Positions 27,638 to 36,167 of a stretch of DNA of 56,858 nucleotides are shown one piece after another; the stretch's first letter is position 1; each line of letters opens with the position of its first letter. This DNA is from a virus (lineage: Duplodnaviria; Caudoviricetes). Under the pieces are notes generated by a model that saw only the letters and a program-made list of their open reading frames with translations, was not told the origin of the DNA and ran no database searches. The stretch spans positions 1 through 56,858 of the IMG/VR virus record IMGVR_UViG_3300047548_000085, one strand, 5' to 3'. The position numbers and the translations under genes are program-made.

Positions 27638-28152
27638 GCTGCTAACTCCCAAACAGTTAATGTGCTTCTAGTTTGTGTGCCATAATAGTTACCATAAGAA
27701 CGATTCAAATATAGTACATAAGAAGCGTTCATCGAAGCGAATTGCGCTTGGAATGTTACAGGGTTTGTAGTTCCAGGTGTAACTATGTTACAGTCGTAAG
27801 AAGTATTCATCTCATAATCAGTGTTGACATTATCAGCGCCATACTGGAACTGCCATTGGGCACTACCATTACCAAGAATTGTTCCTAGAGCACCACCAGA
27901 CCAATACGCTCTACACCCAATATAACATCCGTTTGTGTTCCATGTTCTAGTACCCCAATATAACTGCATCTGAACAAAGAATCTACTGTTAACAGAAGAT
28001 GGAGTTAATGTTACTGCCAGAGGGGTAATATCAACATAACTCGTTGAGCTTGTTGAAAATGTGCTATCTGTTCTTGCAATAGCAACTTGTAATGGCGCTT
28101 GTACAACTGTACCATTAGTTTTTTGCCACTGATTCGCTTTAATAATACTCAT
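27634..28152 (-). CDS. fibre-tip beta-sandwich protein (paralog of 26799-27269)
   Basis: LQV......TSSTSYVDI..L.VTLTPSS.NS.F.V...PGTT..VT....LYLNR....S.LTVWELAA. Confidence 0.75.
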   Translation of the reverse strand: MSIIKANQWQKTNGTVVQAPLQVAIARTDSTFSTSSTSYVDITPLAVTLTPSSVNSRFFVQMQLYWGTRTWNTNGCYIGCRAYWSGGALGTILGNGSAQWQFQYGADNVNTDYEMNTSYDCNIVTPGTTNPVTFQAQFASMNASYVLYLNRSYGNYYGTQTRSTLTVWELAA

Positions 28153-28166
28153 TGTATTTTCCTATA

Positions 28167-28559
28167 TTAAACAATTGTCCAGACAGAGCCATCTGGAACG
28201 GTTACTGTAATACCATCAGAAATAGTTACTGGTCCAGCAGTCATAGCATTCTTACCAGAAGTGATAGTATAGTTCGCAGTAATATTTAGGTCGTTCTCGA
28301 AGAAGACATAGTTACCAACACCACCAGTAGCACCAGCGCCAATAGCACCCCAAGCAGTACCGTTGTGTCCTTCAAACTGATTCAGTTCGCTGTTATAACG
28401 AATCTTACCTGCAACACCAGTTGGTCGTTGAGCAGAAGTACCCTTTGGTAGCTGAATAGAACCAGTAGAAGACGGTATTGACACATATGTGAATTTATAT
28501 GGCATCTGCATTAGATTGCCATTAACATTTTGCCATGTATTAACTTTTAATTTATCCAT
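28167..28559 (-). CDS. short fibre connector protein
   Basis: N-terminal LKVNTWQ..NG, central P.GT.AQRP...GKIRYN...FEG, C-terminal NAMTAGP...WTIV. Confidence 0.75.
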   Translation of the reverse strand: MDKLKVNTWQNVNGNLMQMPYKFTYVSIPSSTGSIQLPKGTSAQRPTGVAGKIRYNSELNQFEGHNGTAWGAIGAGATGGVGNYVFFENDLNITANYTITSGKNAMTAGPVTISDGITVTVPDGSVWTIV

Positions 28560-28567
28560 AATTTACC

Positions 28568-29284
28568 TTATACAATAGTCCAAGTAGAGCCATCTTGTAC
28601 AGTAACAGTCACACCATTAGCAATAGTCACTGGACCAGCTGTCATAGCATTTTTATTTAATGGAATAGTATAATTGTTAAAAACTGTCACATCGTTTAAA
28701 AAGAAAATCTGATCAGTGCTACCACCAACCGCACCAGAAACAGTAACAACACCAGTGGCACCATTCACTGAAATAACGCCAGTGTTTGTGATCGTTGGAT
28801 TACCAGAAACACCATCACCATTTGAAACAGAGATACCTGTGCCAGCAGTAACGGATCTAGATGTTACCGTATTAACGCCATTTCTAACAACAAACCCAGT
28901 AGTGGCTAGGTTTGCTAAAGAAGTCAATTGGTTGCTAAATGCCTGAACGTCTGTACCGATAGCCAAACCAAGATTAGTTCTAGCAGTAGTAGCGGTTGAT
29001 GCGCCAGTACCACCATCTACAATAGCCAAATCTGTGATACCAGTAATAGACCCACCAGTGATGCTAACTGCAGTGGAGTTTTGAGTTGCAATAGATCCCA
29101 ACCCCAAGTTGGTTCTAGCAGTAGTAGCGTTAGTTAAGTCGCTTAGGTTGCTACTTTTCTCTAATTTACCATTATTGATACTAATAAAATTATTATCAAT
29201 TTCAGCGTTAGATAGAGGGGCATCTTTTCTGGTTACGCCATCGACCCCAGTGGTGCCAGTCTGTCTAGTTGTAATAGAAGCCAT
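28568..29284 (-). CDS. tail fibre protein
   Basis: K.APLS.AEID.NF N-terminus, ARTNLGL repeats, C-terminal NAMTAGP...WTIV module. Confidence 0.8.
   Translation of the reverse strand: MASITTRQTGTTGVDGVTRKDAPLSNAEIDNNFISINNGKLEKSSNLSDLTNATTARTNLGLGSIATQNSTAVSITGGSITGITDLAIVDGGTGASTATTARTNLGLAIGTDVQAFSNQLTSLANLATTGFVVRNGVNTVTSRSVTAGTGISVSNGDGVSGNPTITNTGVISVNGATGVVTVSGAVGGSTDQIFFLNDVTVFNNYTIPLNKNAMTAGPVTIANGVTVTVQDGSTWTIV
29066..29091. repeat. 26-bp exact repeat (AACTGCAGTGGAGTTTTGAGTTGCAA), second copy at 38529-38554, within a ~170-bp homology shared by two fibre genes
   Basis: Direct comparison; both regions encode ARTNLGLGS.ATQNSTAVSITGGSITGITDLAIVDGGTGASTA..ARTNLGL. Confidence 0.85.
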
Positions 29285-29313
29285 TTTATGGTTGTTCCTG
29301 TAGGTTTACAAGT

Positions 29314-29327
29314 TATTTATTATTTAG
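29314..29327 (-). promoter_or_regulatory. tandem late promoters (CTAAATA, ATAAATA) right after the radical SAM cluster
   Basis: Minus strand CTAAATAATAAATAA upstream of the fibre gene at 29284. Confidence 0.65.
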
Positions 29328-29875
29328 GAGACTACTAACCCGTGTAGGGAGTCTAAAACTGTATCGTAGTCTTCATTCCAGGAGTATTGGAGGAAAACTC
29401 TAGTTTTATCATCCTTTTTGGTAACGCTATGAAGTTCGTTAATATTAAGCAGATATGCTTCTCCAGCCTTAGCCGACAATGAACACTCTATGTTTAAATC
29501 CTCAAAGTCGTATACATGGTAATCTTCTCTAACTATCCCGTCTTTTGGAGTGTAAAAAATGGTTTCGTCTTCAGATGTGTCAATGTAGTAGTTTAAAGAT
29601 ACCTTAGATTCGCCTCGATCACGATGAACGTCTAGCCACCCCTGTTTTTCAATCTGCCAAATTTGAATGGTGGTTGGAGGAATCTTAAAATTGTAATTTT
29701 GAATGTTGGCATAAAACCCTTCCATATCAGCGATTTCGAAAAATCTAAGCAAGGTATCACCCTTTAGTGGATCAGTATCTACACCAAATGTAAAGATGTT
29801 ATCTCCCCTGTAGTCTAAAATTTTACTAGGGTTTTTAACGAAACATGGTTTTATCTTACTGAAGTATTTGTTCAA
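29324..29875 (-). CDS. 2OG-Fe(II) dioxygenase / cupin-fold oxygenase
   Basis: HxD (VHRD) ... H (LHSV) ... R (TRVFLQ) facial-triad pattern; SLNYYI and AYLLN strands. Confidence 0.7.
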   Translation of the reverse strand: MNKYFSKIKPCFVKNPSKILDYRGDNIFTFGVDTDPLKGDTLLRFFEIADMEGFYANIQNYNFKIPPTTIQIWQIEKQGWLDVHRDRGESKVSLNYYIDTSEDETIFYTPKDGIVREDYHVYDFEDLNIECSLSAKAGEAYLLNINELHSVTKKDDKTRVFLQYSWNEDYDTVLDSLHGLVVS

Positions 29876-31157
29876 TTCCAGACTCCATCAACTCAACCTG
29901 TTCGCCGAATAGTAAAGATAACGAGTTTTGTTGAATAGCCGAATACCAAATCTTTTCGACTCTGCAATTGTGTAAGAAAACTTCGTTAGGGAAGTCGATA
30001 GGACAGCTAGACTTACACAATCTTTTAACGGGGCAGTGATAGCAGTGAGTGTTCTTTCTTTCAAGAGCCATTCCTACAATCTTAACACCCTTCAAATTAT
30101 TTATGTGACCACCTGTAAATTTTTCATTTGTATGTGGACATAATCTTACGCTACCACGGATGTCTAACGATAGAATATCCGCTGAATCTGCACCACATGA
30201 GGAAGTCATCGTTATAGGAATCTGATGACGAGTCAATGCAGCGTATTTAAGAATACCTGTGTCGTTATCTACAATGTTAGACTTTAGGAAACGATCTCCA
30301 CCTTCTTTCTTTTGGCGAATGCATGCTTTAAGATAAGCGTCTACATTTTCCTTAAACTTGGGTAGGAGGTCACCAGTGATAACGTGCTCAGCTGAGTTTT
30401 CCTCTCCACGTTCATCGTACACTCTCGCTGGAATGAATGACAACCTAGCGTCTTTCAATCCTAGACGATCTGCAACTTCTTTAAAGTAATCGTTGATTTC
30501 AAACAGATCGTAGTTAGTGGCTGAAACAACAGAGTTGAAACTAAACTGAACTTTTGGAGCGAGTTCGGCTAGTTGTTTGATAGATGACACTACGCTTTCT
30601 TTATTGAAGATGTCTTCGCCACGAAGTCGTTCATGTCCTGGACCATCGTGTGAAATACCCATCATCACAGATGCCTGTAAAGTCTTAAAGAAGTCTACAT
30701 GCTTTTGACGTAGTGGTGAGCCATTAGTTGAGATGTAGAAGTGACGACCTGGAGCATCAAGAAACTTCATAATTGGAACCATATCATTCCAGTAAAGGAA
30801 TGGCTCGCCACCCCACAACTCAATGCGTTCTAGTTGTTCTAAATCTAAGTGAGTTTTAACTGACTCAATGAATGACTCTAACCAGAAGTTCTCTGGTCGT
30901 TCGTTTGGGTTACCGATGTCTTTTTGCATACAGTAACCACATGAGTAGTTACAAGCATGACCCAGTAGGATGCGTAAAGCGACTGGTTTATTGTTCTTAT
31001 GAGTTACACCGAAAAGACCCTTGTCTTCGAAATACTCCCAACCTTCTTTTGGTGGAAGTGATAGCATCTCACCTTGCTCGCTGTGGATGCTATTATCAGT
31101 GTTGTCGTAGTAGAAAATACGACCAGAATCTTTTAGTTTAAATTTTGAAAAACTCAT
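29856..31157 (-). CDS. radical SAM / SPASM-domain protein
   Basis: CNYSCGYC, WGGEP, STNG, ISHDG; SPASM-like C..G.V.LC ... CxxCx5Cx3C ... C. Confidence 0.92.
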   Translation of the reverse strand: MSFSKFKLKDSGRIFYYDNTDNSIHSEQGEMLSLPPKEGWEYFEDKGLFGVTHKNNKPVALRILLGHACNYSCGYCMQKDIGNPNERPENFWLESFIESVKTHLDLEQLERIELWGGEPFLYWNDMVPIMKFLDAPGRHFYISTNGSPLRQKHVDFFKTLQASVMMGISHDGPGHERLRGEDIFNKESVVSSIKQLAELAPKVQFSFNSVVSATNYDLFEINDYFKEVADRLGLKDARLSFIPARVYDERGEENSAEHVITGDLLPKFKENVDAYLKACIRQKKEGGDRFLKSNIVDNDTGILKYAALTRHQIPITMTSSCGADSADILSLDIRGSVRLCPHTNEKFTGGHINNLKGVKIVGMALERKNTHCYHCPVKRLCKSSCPIDFPNEVFLHNCRVEKIWYSAIQQNSLSLLFGEQVELMESGIEQILQ

Positions 31158-32224
31158 AATTTCGTCACAAAACTTTTGATGGGTGTTCCGTCTAACTTAA
31201 CGAACCCATGTTTAGTTTTTGTCCATCCTCTTTGTTGTAATTTATCACAGTAGCGACTATAAGGAACCATCATCATTGAAGGTATAAAATTATAGTCATC
31301 GTTAAAGGTGTAGTTCAAAGTCTTTGTAAAGTATTCTTTAAACTTAGGATTGGTAGTCCTATCTTTCCACTTGTCATACAAAATTTGTTTACCACGAGCC
31401 AATGAAATTAAGAACTTTTCTGGCTCGAACTCTCTATTTAGAATGTAGTAGGGTTCGATGCTAGGATCGGATGCAACGTCATTGGAGAAGTAAAACCTAT
31501 CAAAGAATAGACAGATGGCTTCATCTCCATAGACCTGCATATTACCTTCGGTATCTACGTCAATCCATGTCACCTGCTGGTCAACCCAGTCTTCAGTTAG
31601 CAACTCTCGCTCACCAGCCAAGAAGTTGTAGTGAAACATCGTCTCAATGTTTTCTTTCTTAGCCCACTCATAATATTCACGCAAGGCATTGATGTTACCA
31701 CAGTCGATTAACTTCAACTGTAGGATAGGCGAAACCTCATGAATCTCTTGTAGCGATCTTTTTAACTTATCACCATTTACCTTTTCAACAAAGTAAGAAC
31801 TAAGGGAAATACTAGCGATCTCTTTGAAGTTGAGTTCCTTCGCCATACCTCTGTAACGGAAAATCTGATTGTCGGTCATTCCGTACTGAAAACGCTTTCC
31901 GTTACGCTTGAAGTAATCGTAGTGCTTTGGGTAGTTCAACTTTAAGAACATCATATCATCGTCTGTTCTTAGATACCCAAAGTAATCAAATACAGTTTCC
32001 CACTTTTCTTCAAGAGCATCATCAAAGTCGAAGTAATAATTACTAAGACCCTTCTTCATGTTCTTGAGGTTTTCTTGAATGTAGCAAACATGGCACCCAG
32101 CATCGCAAAAATAACGAGTGCTGATGCTAAAGTAAAGATCTCGCTTAACTGACTTGATACAATCCTGTAGGAGCCAGTGTTCGTCTAGATCCTTTGCTTC
32201 TTCAAAATGAGTCAAATAGTTCAT
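31154..32224 (-). CDS. divergent radical SAM-like protein
   Basis: CDAGCHVC (CxxxCxxC) near the N-terminus, but no GGEP motif and no SPASM Cys cluster. Confidence 0.65.
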   Translation of the reverse strand: MNYLTHFEEAKDLDEHWLLQDCIKSVKRDLYFSISTRYFCDAGCHVCYIQENLKNMKKGLSNYYFDFDDALEEKWETVFDYFGYLRTDDDMMFLKLNYPKHYDYFKRNGKRFQYGMTDNQIFRYRGMAKELNFKEIASISLSSYFVEKVNGDKLKRSLQEIHEVSPILQLKLIDCGNINALREYYEWAKKENIETMFHYNFLAGERELLTEDWVDQQVTWIDVDTEGNMQVYGDEAICLFFDRFYFSNDVASDPSIEPYYILNREFEPEKFLISLARGKQILYDKWKDRTTNPKFKEYFTKTLNYTFNDDYNFIPSMMMVPYSRYCDKLQQRGWTKTKHGFVKLDGTPIKSFVTKL

Positions 32225-33348
32225 TCGTTAATCTTAAAGTCTTCCTTAACACCAACCCATTCAAGCACAGACTTCTTCTCGTTTAGTTTGGCGTTATGCA
32301 TAATGGCATAATCCATGTAAGTATAGAACTCTTTACAACTACCGTTTGGTTGTTCATCAAATAATTTATAAAGATATTTCAACCCACAACTTGGTCGCTT
32401 CTCGCAAGACGAACAAGAATCGTGGATACGTCCAGCGTCACCTTGATTGCGCCAGAGTTGTTTATTCTTCCAGTCGCCAATACGAGCGTTTTCTGTTTTG
32501 TATTCTAGGAAGTCAAACTCTGGATAAATGTATCCGTCTGGGGAGAGAATGAGTTTGTTGTGTTCACCGAAGTATGCTTTATCAACGTCAGTGTAGCAAC
32601 CATCAATAAACACAGTCAGTTTCTTAACATAAAGAATCTGAATGAATTGAAGGAATGCATCTAAGAATTGTGGTAGGTGGATTCTATCAAGGATAACATC
32701 AAACTTATGTTTTCCTCGTTTGTGTCGTAGGGGAATAATGTTGATAACACGGCAACCAGACTTGTAGCAAGTCGCCACAATTTCTTTGATGTTATCAAAT
32801 GAGAATGACTTTGGGTCATCAATCGGAAGGACGAACTGCCACTGCCAAGAATCGCAAGTTCGGTTTAAAATCTGAGCCATCTCCATGACATCAAACTCAC
32901 TACGATTCTGCCCTTGATACATGAAGTCGTAGCTGACTGTGGCATAAAGGACATCTTTGTACTTGTCAAAGAACCACTCGCATTCCTTAACCAACGAACC
33001 ATTGGTAGTCATAGTGACTTTCCATCCGTTACGTTTAGCCATAGGGTAAAGCCATTCCATAACCTGTTCCATTCGTTTAATGAACAGAAGAGGTTCGCCA
33101 CCATGGAATGACACTCGTTCGATTACGTTTGGTTGAGTTTCAACCCACTCCAAAAACTCCTTCATTTCTAAAAGAGTCTTTGTGTTTAGGTTTTGTCCAC
33201 CAAGCGATTCAATGTAACCTCTATCACAGTAAACACAGTCGAAGTTGCAAGTGTTACCAAGATAAAGAACTACAAGTTTAATTTTGGATAGATCGTTATT
33301 GACTATGCGAACTGGATTCAACAAGTCTTTCACTGAATGTTCCTTCAT
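32221..33348 (-). CDS. radical SAM protein with partial SPASM/twitch domain
   Basis: CNFDCVYC, FHGGEPL, TTNG, VSYD; SPDG.IYPE (Cys replaced by Glu), CxxCx5C...C. Confidence 0.9.
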   Translation of the reverse strand: MKEHSVKDLLNPVRIVNNDLSKIKLVVLYLGNTCNFDCVYCDRGYIESLGGQNLNTKTLLEMKEFLEWVETQPNVIERVSFHGGEPLLFIKRMEQVMEWLYPMAKRNGWKVTMTTNGSLVKECEWFFDKYKDVLYATVSYDFMYQGQNRSEFDVMEMAQILNRTCDSWQWQFVLPIDDPKSFSFDNIKEIVATCYKSGCRVINIIPLRHKRGKHKFDVILDRIHLPQFLDAFLQFIQILYVKKLTVFIDGCYTDVDKAYFGEHNKLILSPDGYIYPEFDFLEYKTENARIGDWKNKQLWRNQGDAGRIHDSCSSCEKRPSCGLKYLYKLFDEQPNGSCKEFYTYMDYAIMHNAKLNEKKSVLEWVGVKEDFKINE

Positions 33349-35032
33349 AAGTCTTGTAAACAGACTGTAAAATAATCATGTGGAGCAATCCAAGATAGAA
33401 CGCTCGTTGGTGTGGGGTCTTTGCTTCAATCTTTTTATTGGTTGGAGCCAGACTTCCTTTTTGTAGAACAAAGTAATAGAAGTCATCAATCTCAGTTAAT
33501 TCGTCAGTTATTGCAAGTTTTATTTGACTAGTGAAGTTTTCTGGGGTAAGATATACAGTGTTCCCGTTGATGAGTGATTTCCAAAGAGTTAACATCTGTC
33601 TGTAATCAATATCTTCTAATCCAGTATGAACCATCTCTAGTTTTGGATGGTAGTTGAAATAGAAGTAAAACAACAGATAACTAATACCCTTCGCAAACGA
33701 TCTCTGTTCTCCCTCTGTATCCAATGCAGAACAGATTGTCTCAAACTTCTTTCTAAACTGCTTCTTAGAAATATCTTCGTGTAAATCCAAATACAATTTT
33801 ACAATCTTCTGACACATATCGTCTGGTCGGAACATTCTCGTTCCAGTATCAAGATTACCAGCTGGACATTGGTAACATGCATTCTTTAGATCACAAGTTC
33901 TGCACTGTTCTTCTTCTTGGAACATCTTAGCGTATTCTGTTTGGAATGCTTTGTAACGATCAATGTAGATTGCATTGTCGTAGATGTTACCAAGAATCGC
34001 TACCTCACCAGCACCAGCCTTTTGGTTAGTGAAGAAGTAGCAACCAGAGAAGTCACCAGAAGCGTCAATGGCAATCATGTCAGAACCAATCATGCAGTTC
34101 TCTTCGCCTTTTTGACCAACACCTTCTGAGAAGTGAATCTGAAGATCGTTATACTTATCTAGAACGAATAGGATATCTTTATGGAGTTTGTCCCATTCAT
34201 CATCGCTCCAACGAATAAATCCCTTGCTTGAATCAAGAACTAGCGGATGAACCACCATACGACGAATACCACGTTGGTATAGATTATCAACAAAGTTTGT
34301 GAAATATGGAGCATTCTCTCTTGCAAGAGTACAACGGATGGTCACACGCTTCTGTTGTTTGGCATCTTCATTGATGTACTGAATCATCTCCATAAGTTTG
34401 TCAATTTTATCTTGACCAATCTCACGATGATCAACTTCTGCTCTATCTGTATCTAATGAGATGAGCATGTAAGTGAAGTCGTATGTGAACCACTCATCAA
34501 CTAAAGACTCAGTTAGAAGAAGACCATTGGTTACCATACCGATGACAGTATTAGTATCTCCACGTGAGTGTAGTTGAATTTCCTCTTTGTTTTTATGAAC
34601 AAAGTCTAGGATAATGTCTTTGTGGATTAGTGGTTCGCCACCGAAGAAGTTAAAGATTTTCTTCTGGCGTTTATTGGAGTTCATCAGAAAACGATATGCC
34701 TTTAGAAGACTCTCGCTAGTGAAACGTCCAAAATCTTTATTATGCTGTTCGTAACAATAGGTGCAAGAAAGGTTGCACGCATTTGTCAGAATGAGGTTCA
34801 TCTGTTTCAATTCTTCGAAAAGATATGGAACAGATTCCATCGGAACGATGGTTTCTTCTGGTTTAGGTACGACTGAAACTAACTTGTTAGTTTTAGAAAG
34901 ACCTTTTGGAGTGATAATTTCTTCACTCTTAAAACGCAATGAACCATCCTCAGATAGTTCAACTGTTGCAGAGTGTTGCGCTTTACGTTCTGCTAATTGT
35001 TCTTTAGTTAACCAAATAACTGGTTGTGACAT
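33296..35032 (-). CDS. radical SAM / SPASM peptide maturase-like protein with C-terminal extension
   Basis: CNLSCTYC, FFGGEPL, VTNG, ISLD; CMIG...GDFSGC ... CRTCDLKNACYQC ... C; directly downstream of the Cys-rich peptide. Confidence 0.93.
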   Translation of the reverse strand: MSQPVIWLTKEQLAERKAQHSATVELSEDGSLRFKSEEIITPKGLSKTNKLVSVVPKPEETIVPMESVPYLFEELKQMNLILTNACNLSCTYCYEQHNKDFGRFTSESLLKAYRFLMNSNKRQKKIFNFFGGEPLIHKDIILDFVHKNKEEIQLHSRGDTNTVIGMVTNGLLLTESLVDEWFTYDFTYMLISLDTDRAEVDHREIGQDKIDKLMEMIQYINEDAKQQKRVTIRCTLARENAPYFTNFVDNLYQRGIRRMVVHPLVLDSSKGFIRWSDDEWDKLHKDILFVLDKYNDLQIHFSEGVGQKGEENCMIGSDMIAIDASGDFSGCYFFTNQKAGAGEVAILGNIYDNAIYIDRYKAFQTEYAKMFQEEEQCRTCDLKNACYQCPAGNLDTGTRMFRPDDMCQKIVKLYLDLHEDISKKQFRKKFETICSALDTEGEQRSFAKGISYLLFYFYFNYHPKLEMVHTGLEDIDYRQMLTLWKSLINGNTVYLTPENFTSQIKLAITDELTEIDDFYYFVLQKGSLAPTNKKIEAKTPHQRAFYLGLLHMIILQSVYKTYEGTFSERLVESSSHSQ

Positions 35033-35046
35033 AACGAATCCTCATT

Positions 35047-35250
35047 TTATAGTGTTCCACGCCCACAAGCGCAAGCGCATTGACATTCACAAACAGTTGT
35101 GTAGTCGTCGTAAAAGATATGATTATGTGATGCTAGTTGTTCTAAAACATCTAACATCTGGCGGTAAGTGTCCGCAGTAATATTGTCTCCGCTATTTTTA
35201 GCAGGAACATCTGAATTAACTGACGTAGTTGATGTGTTTTCTACACCCAT
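35047..35250 (-). CDS. Cys-rich RiPP-precursor-like peptide (67 aa; C-terminal CECQCACACGRGTL)
   Basis: AGGAGA SD; five alternating Cys confined to the C-terminus; immediately upstream of a SPASM radical SAM gene. Confidence 0.85.
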   Translation of the reverse strand: MGVENTSTTSVNSDVPAKNSGDNITADTYRQMLDVLEQLASHNHIFYDDYTTVCECQCACACGRGTL

Positions 35251-35258
35251 GATTTCTC

Positions 35259-36167
35259 CTATTCGATAACATCAACGATGTACTCTCGGAAGAATCGGTT
35301 TTTACTTGCAGTAAAAGCCATGTCCATAGTAGTACCAGTATTCCAACGGATGCTGATGTATCCTCGTTGTTTATTTAGGGTATTGACTATTACCTTATTT
35401 CCGTCCATGGTGTAGTCAAAGTTCGTGTCAACCTTAATCTTGGCGTCTTTGAAGAACTCTGGGAAGTGGTGATTCACAAACCAAGTCTTAAATGGCTCTA
35501 GTGTAAACTCAGTTCCACGAACCATAATGCTATTTTCGCCAATGATTCTAGCGTTTTTGCTAACACGAGGTTTAAAGATGATTTCGTTTAAATTCTTAAG
35601 ATGATTCGCCACTGTGTATACATGGTTCTGCCCATACTTGGCTTCAATGTTTTCAACACACTGAACTGAATGTGGGTTTAGAACGATGTAGTAAAGCGGA
35701 AGGTCTTTGGCTTTGTAACAGAACATCCAAGGAATCATTTTTGGATTTTCAATTTCTTCACCAGATACCAAATCAACAATGGTGTTACCTAACCTGTGAT
35801 ACCAAGAAGTTTTAGAAATAACATCTTTCTGTTCAATTCCACCTGTTGGTAAAATAGCACCCATCATTGCAATGTTATCTGAAGTCTTGTCCATAATTTC
35901 TGCGATTGTGTCAAAATTTAATGGGACTTCAGTTTCTGGGTCGTGTACACTGAATGGACGTTTTAAGATCAAATGATCTTCAGTGTAAACGGCTCCAGTG
36001 ATGGCGAACCTATTATCAACTTTTTGAAAGAATGAAATGTAGTTGGTGTAATCTTTGGCGTTGTTGCTATACCCAAGTCCTGGATTGATACCAACATTAG
36101 CCATGTTTAAAGAATCATCCCATGGATCTGGTTGACCCATAGCAGTTTGTAGTAAGAATACTCTCAT
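35259..36167 (-). CDS. hypothetical protein of the radical SAM cluster (302 aa)
   Basis: Long ORF, ATGA-coupled to the diiron gene; no motif recognised. Confidence 0.75.
   Translation of the reverse strand: MRVFLLQTAMGQPDPWDDSLNMANVGINPGLGYSNNAKDYTNYISFFQKVDNRFAITGAVYTEDHLILKRPFSVHDPETEVPLNFDTIAEIMDKTSDNIAMMGAILPTGGIEQKDVISKTSWYHRLGNTIVDLVSGEEIENPKMIPWMFCYKAKDLPLYYIVLNPHSVQCVENIEAKYGQNHVYTVANHLKNLNEIIFKPRVSKNARIIGENSIMVRGTEFTLEPFKTWFVNHHFPEFFKDAKIKVDTNFDYTMDGNKVIVNTLNKQRGYISIRWNTGTTMDMAFTASKNRFFREYIVDVIE

Noticed and set aside
19164-29284. Diversity-generating retroelement acting on the repeated fibre C-termini
   Set aside because: No reverse transcriptase in the window; all copies are coding and differ at synonymous positions of all bases rather than showing adenine-specific variation.
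29856-35032. Radical SAM genes as a DNA-modification (QueE/7-deazaguanine), NrdG activase or MoaA/PqqE cofactor pathway
   Set aside because: No queC/queD/folE/dpdA, nrdD, moa or pqq partner genes in the window; SPASM tails and an adjacent Cys-rich peptide fit peptide modification better.
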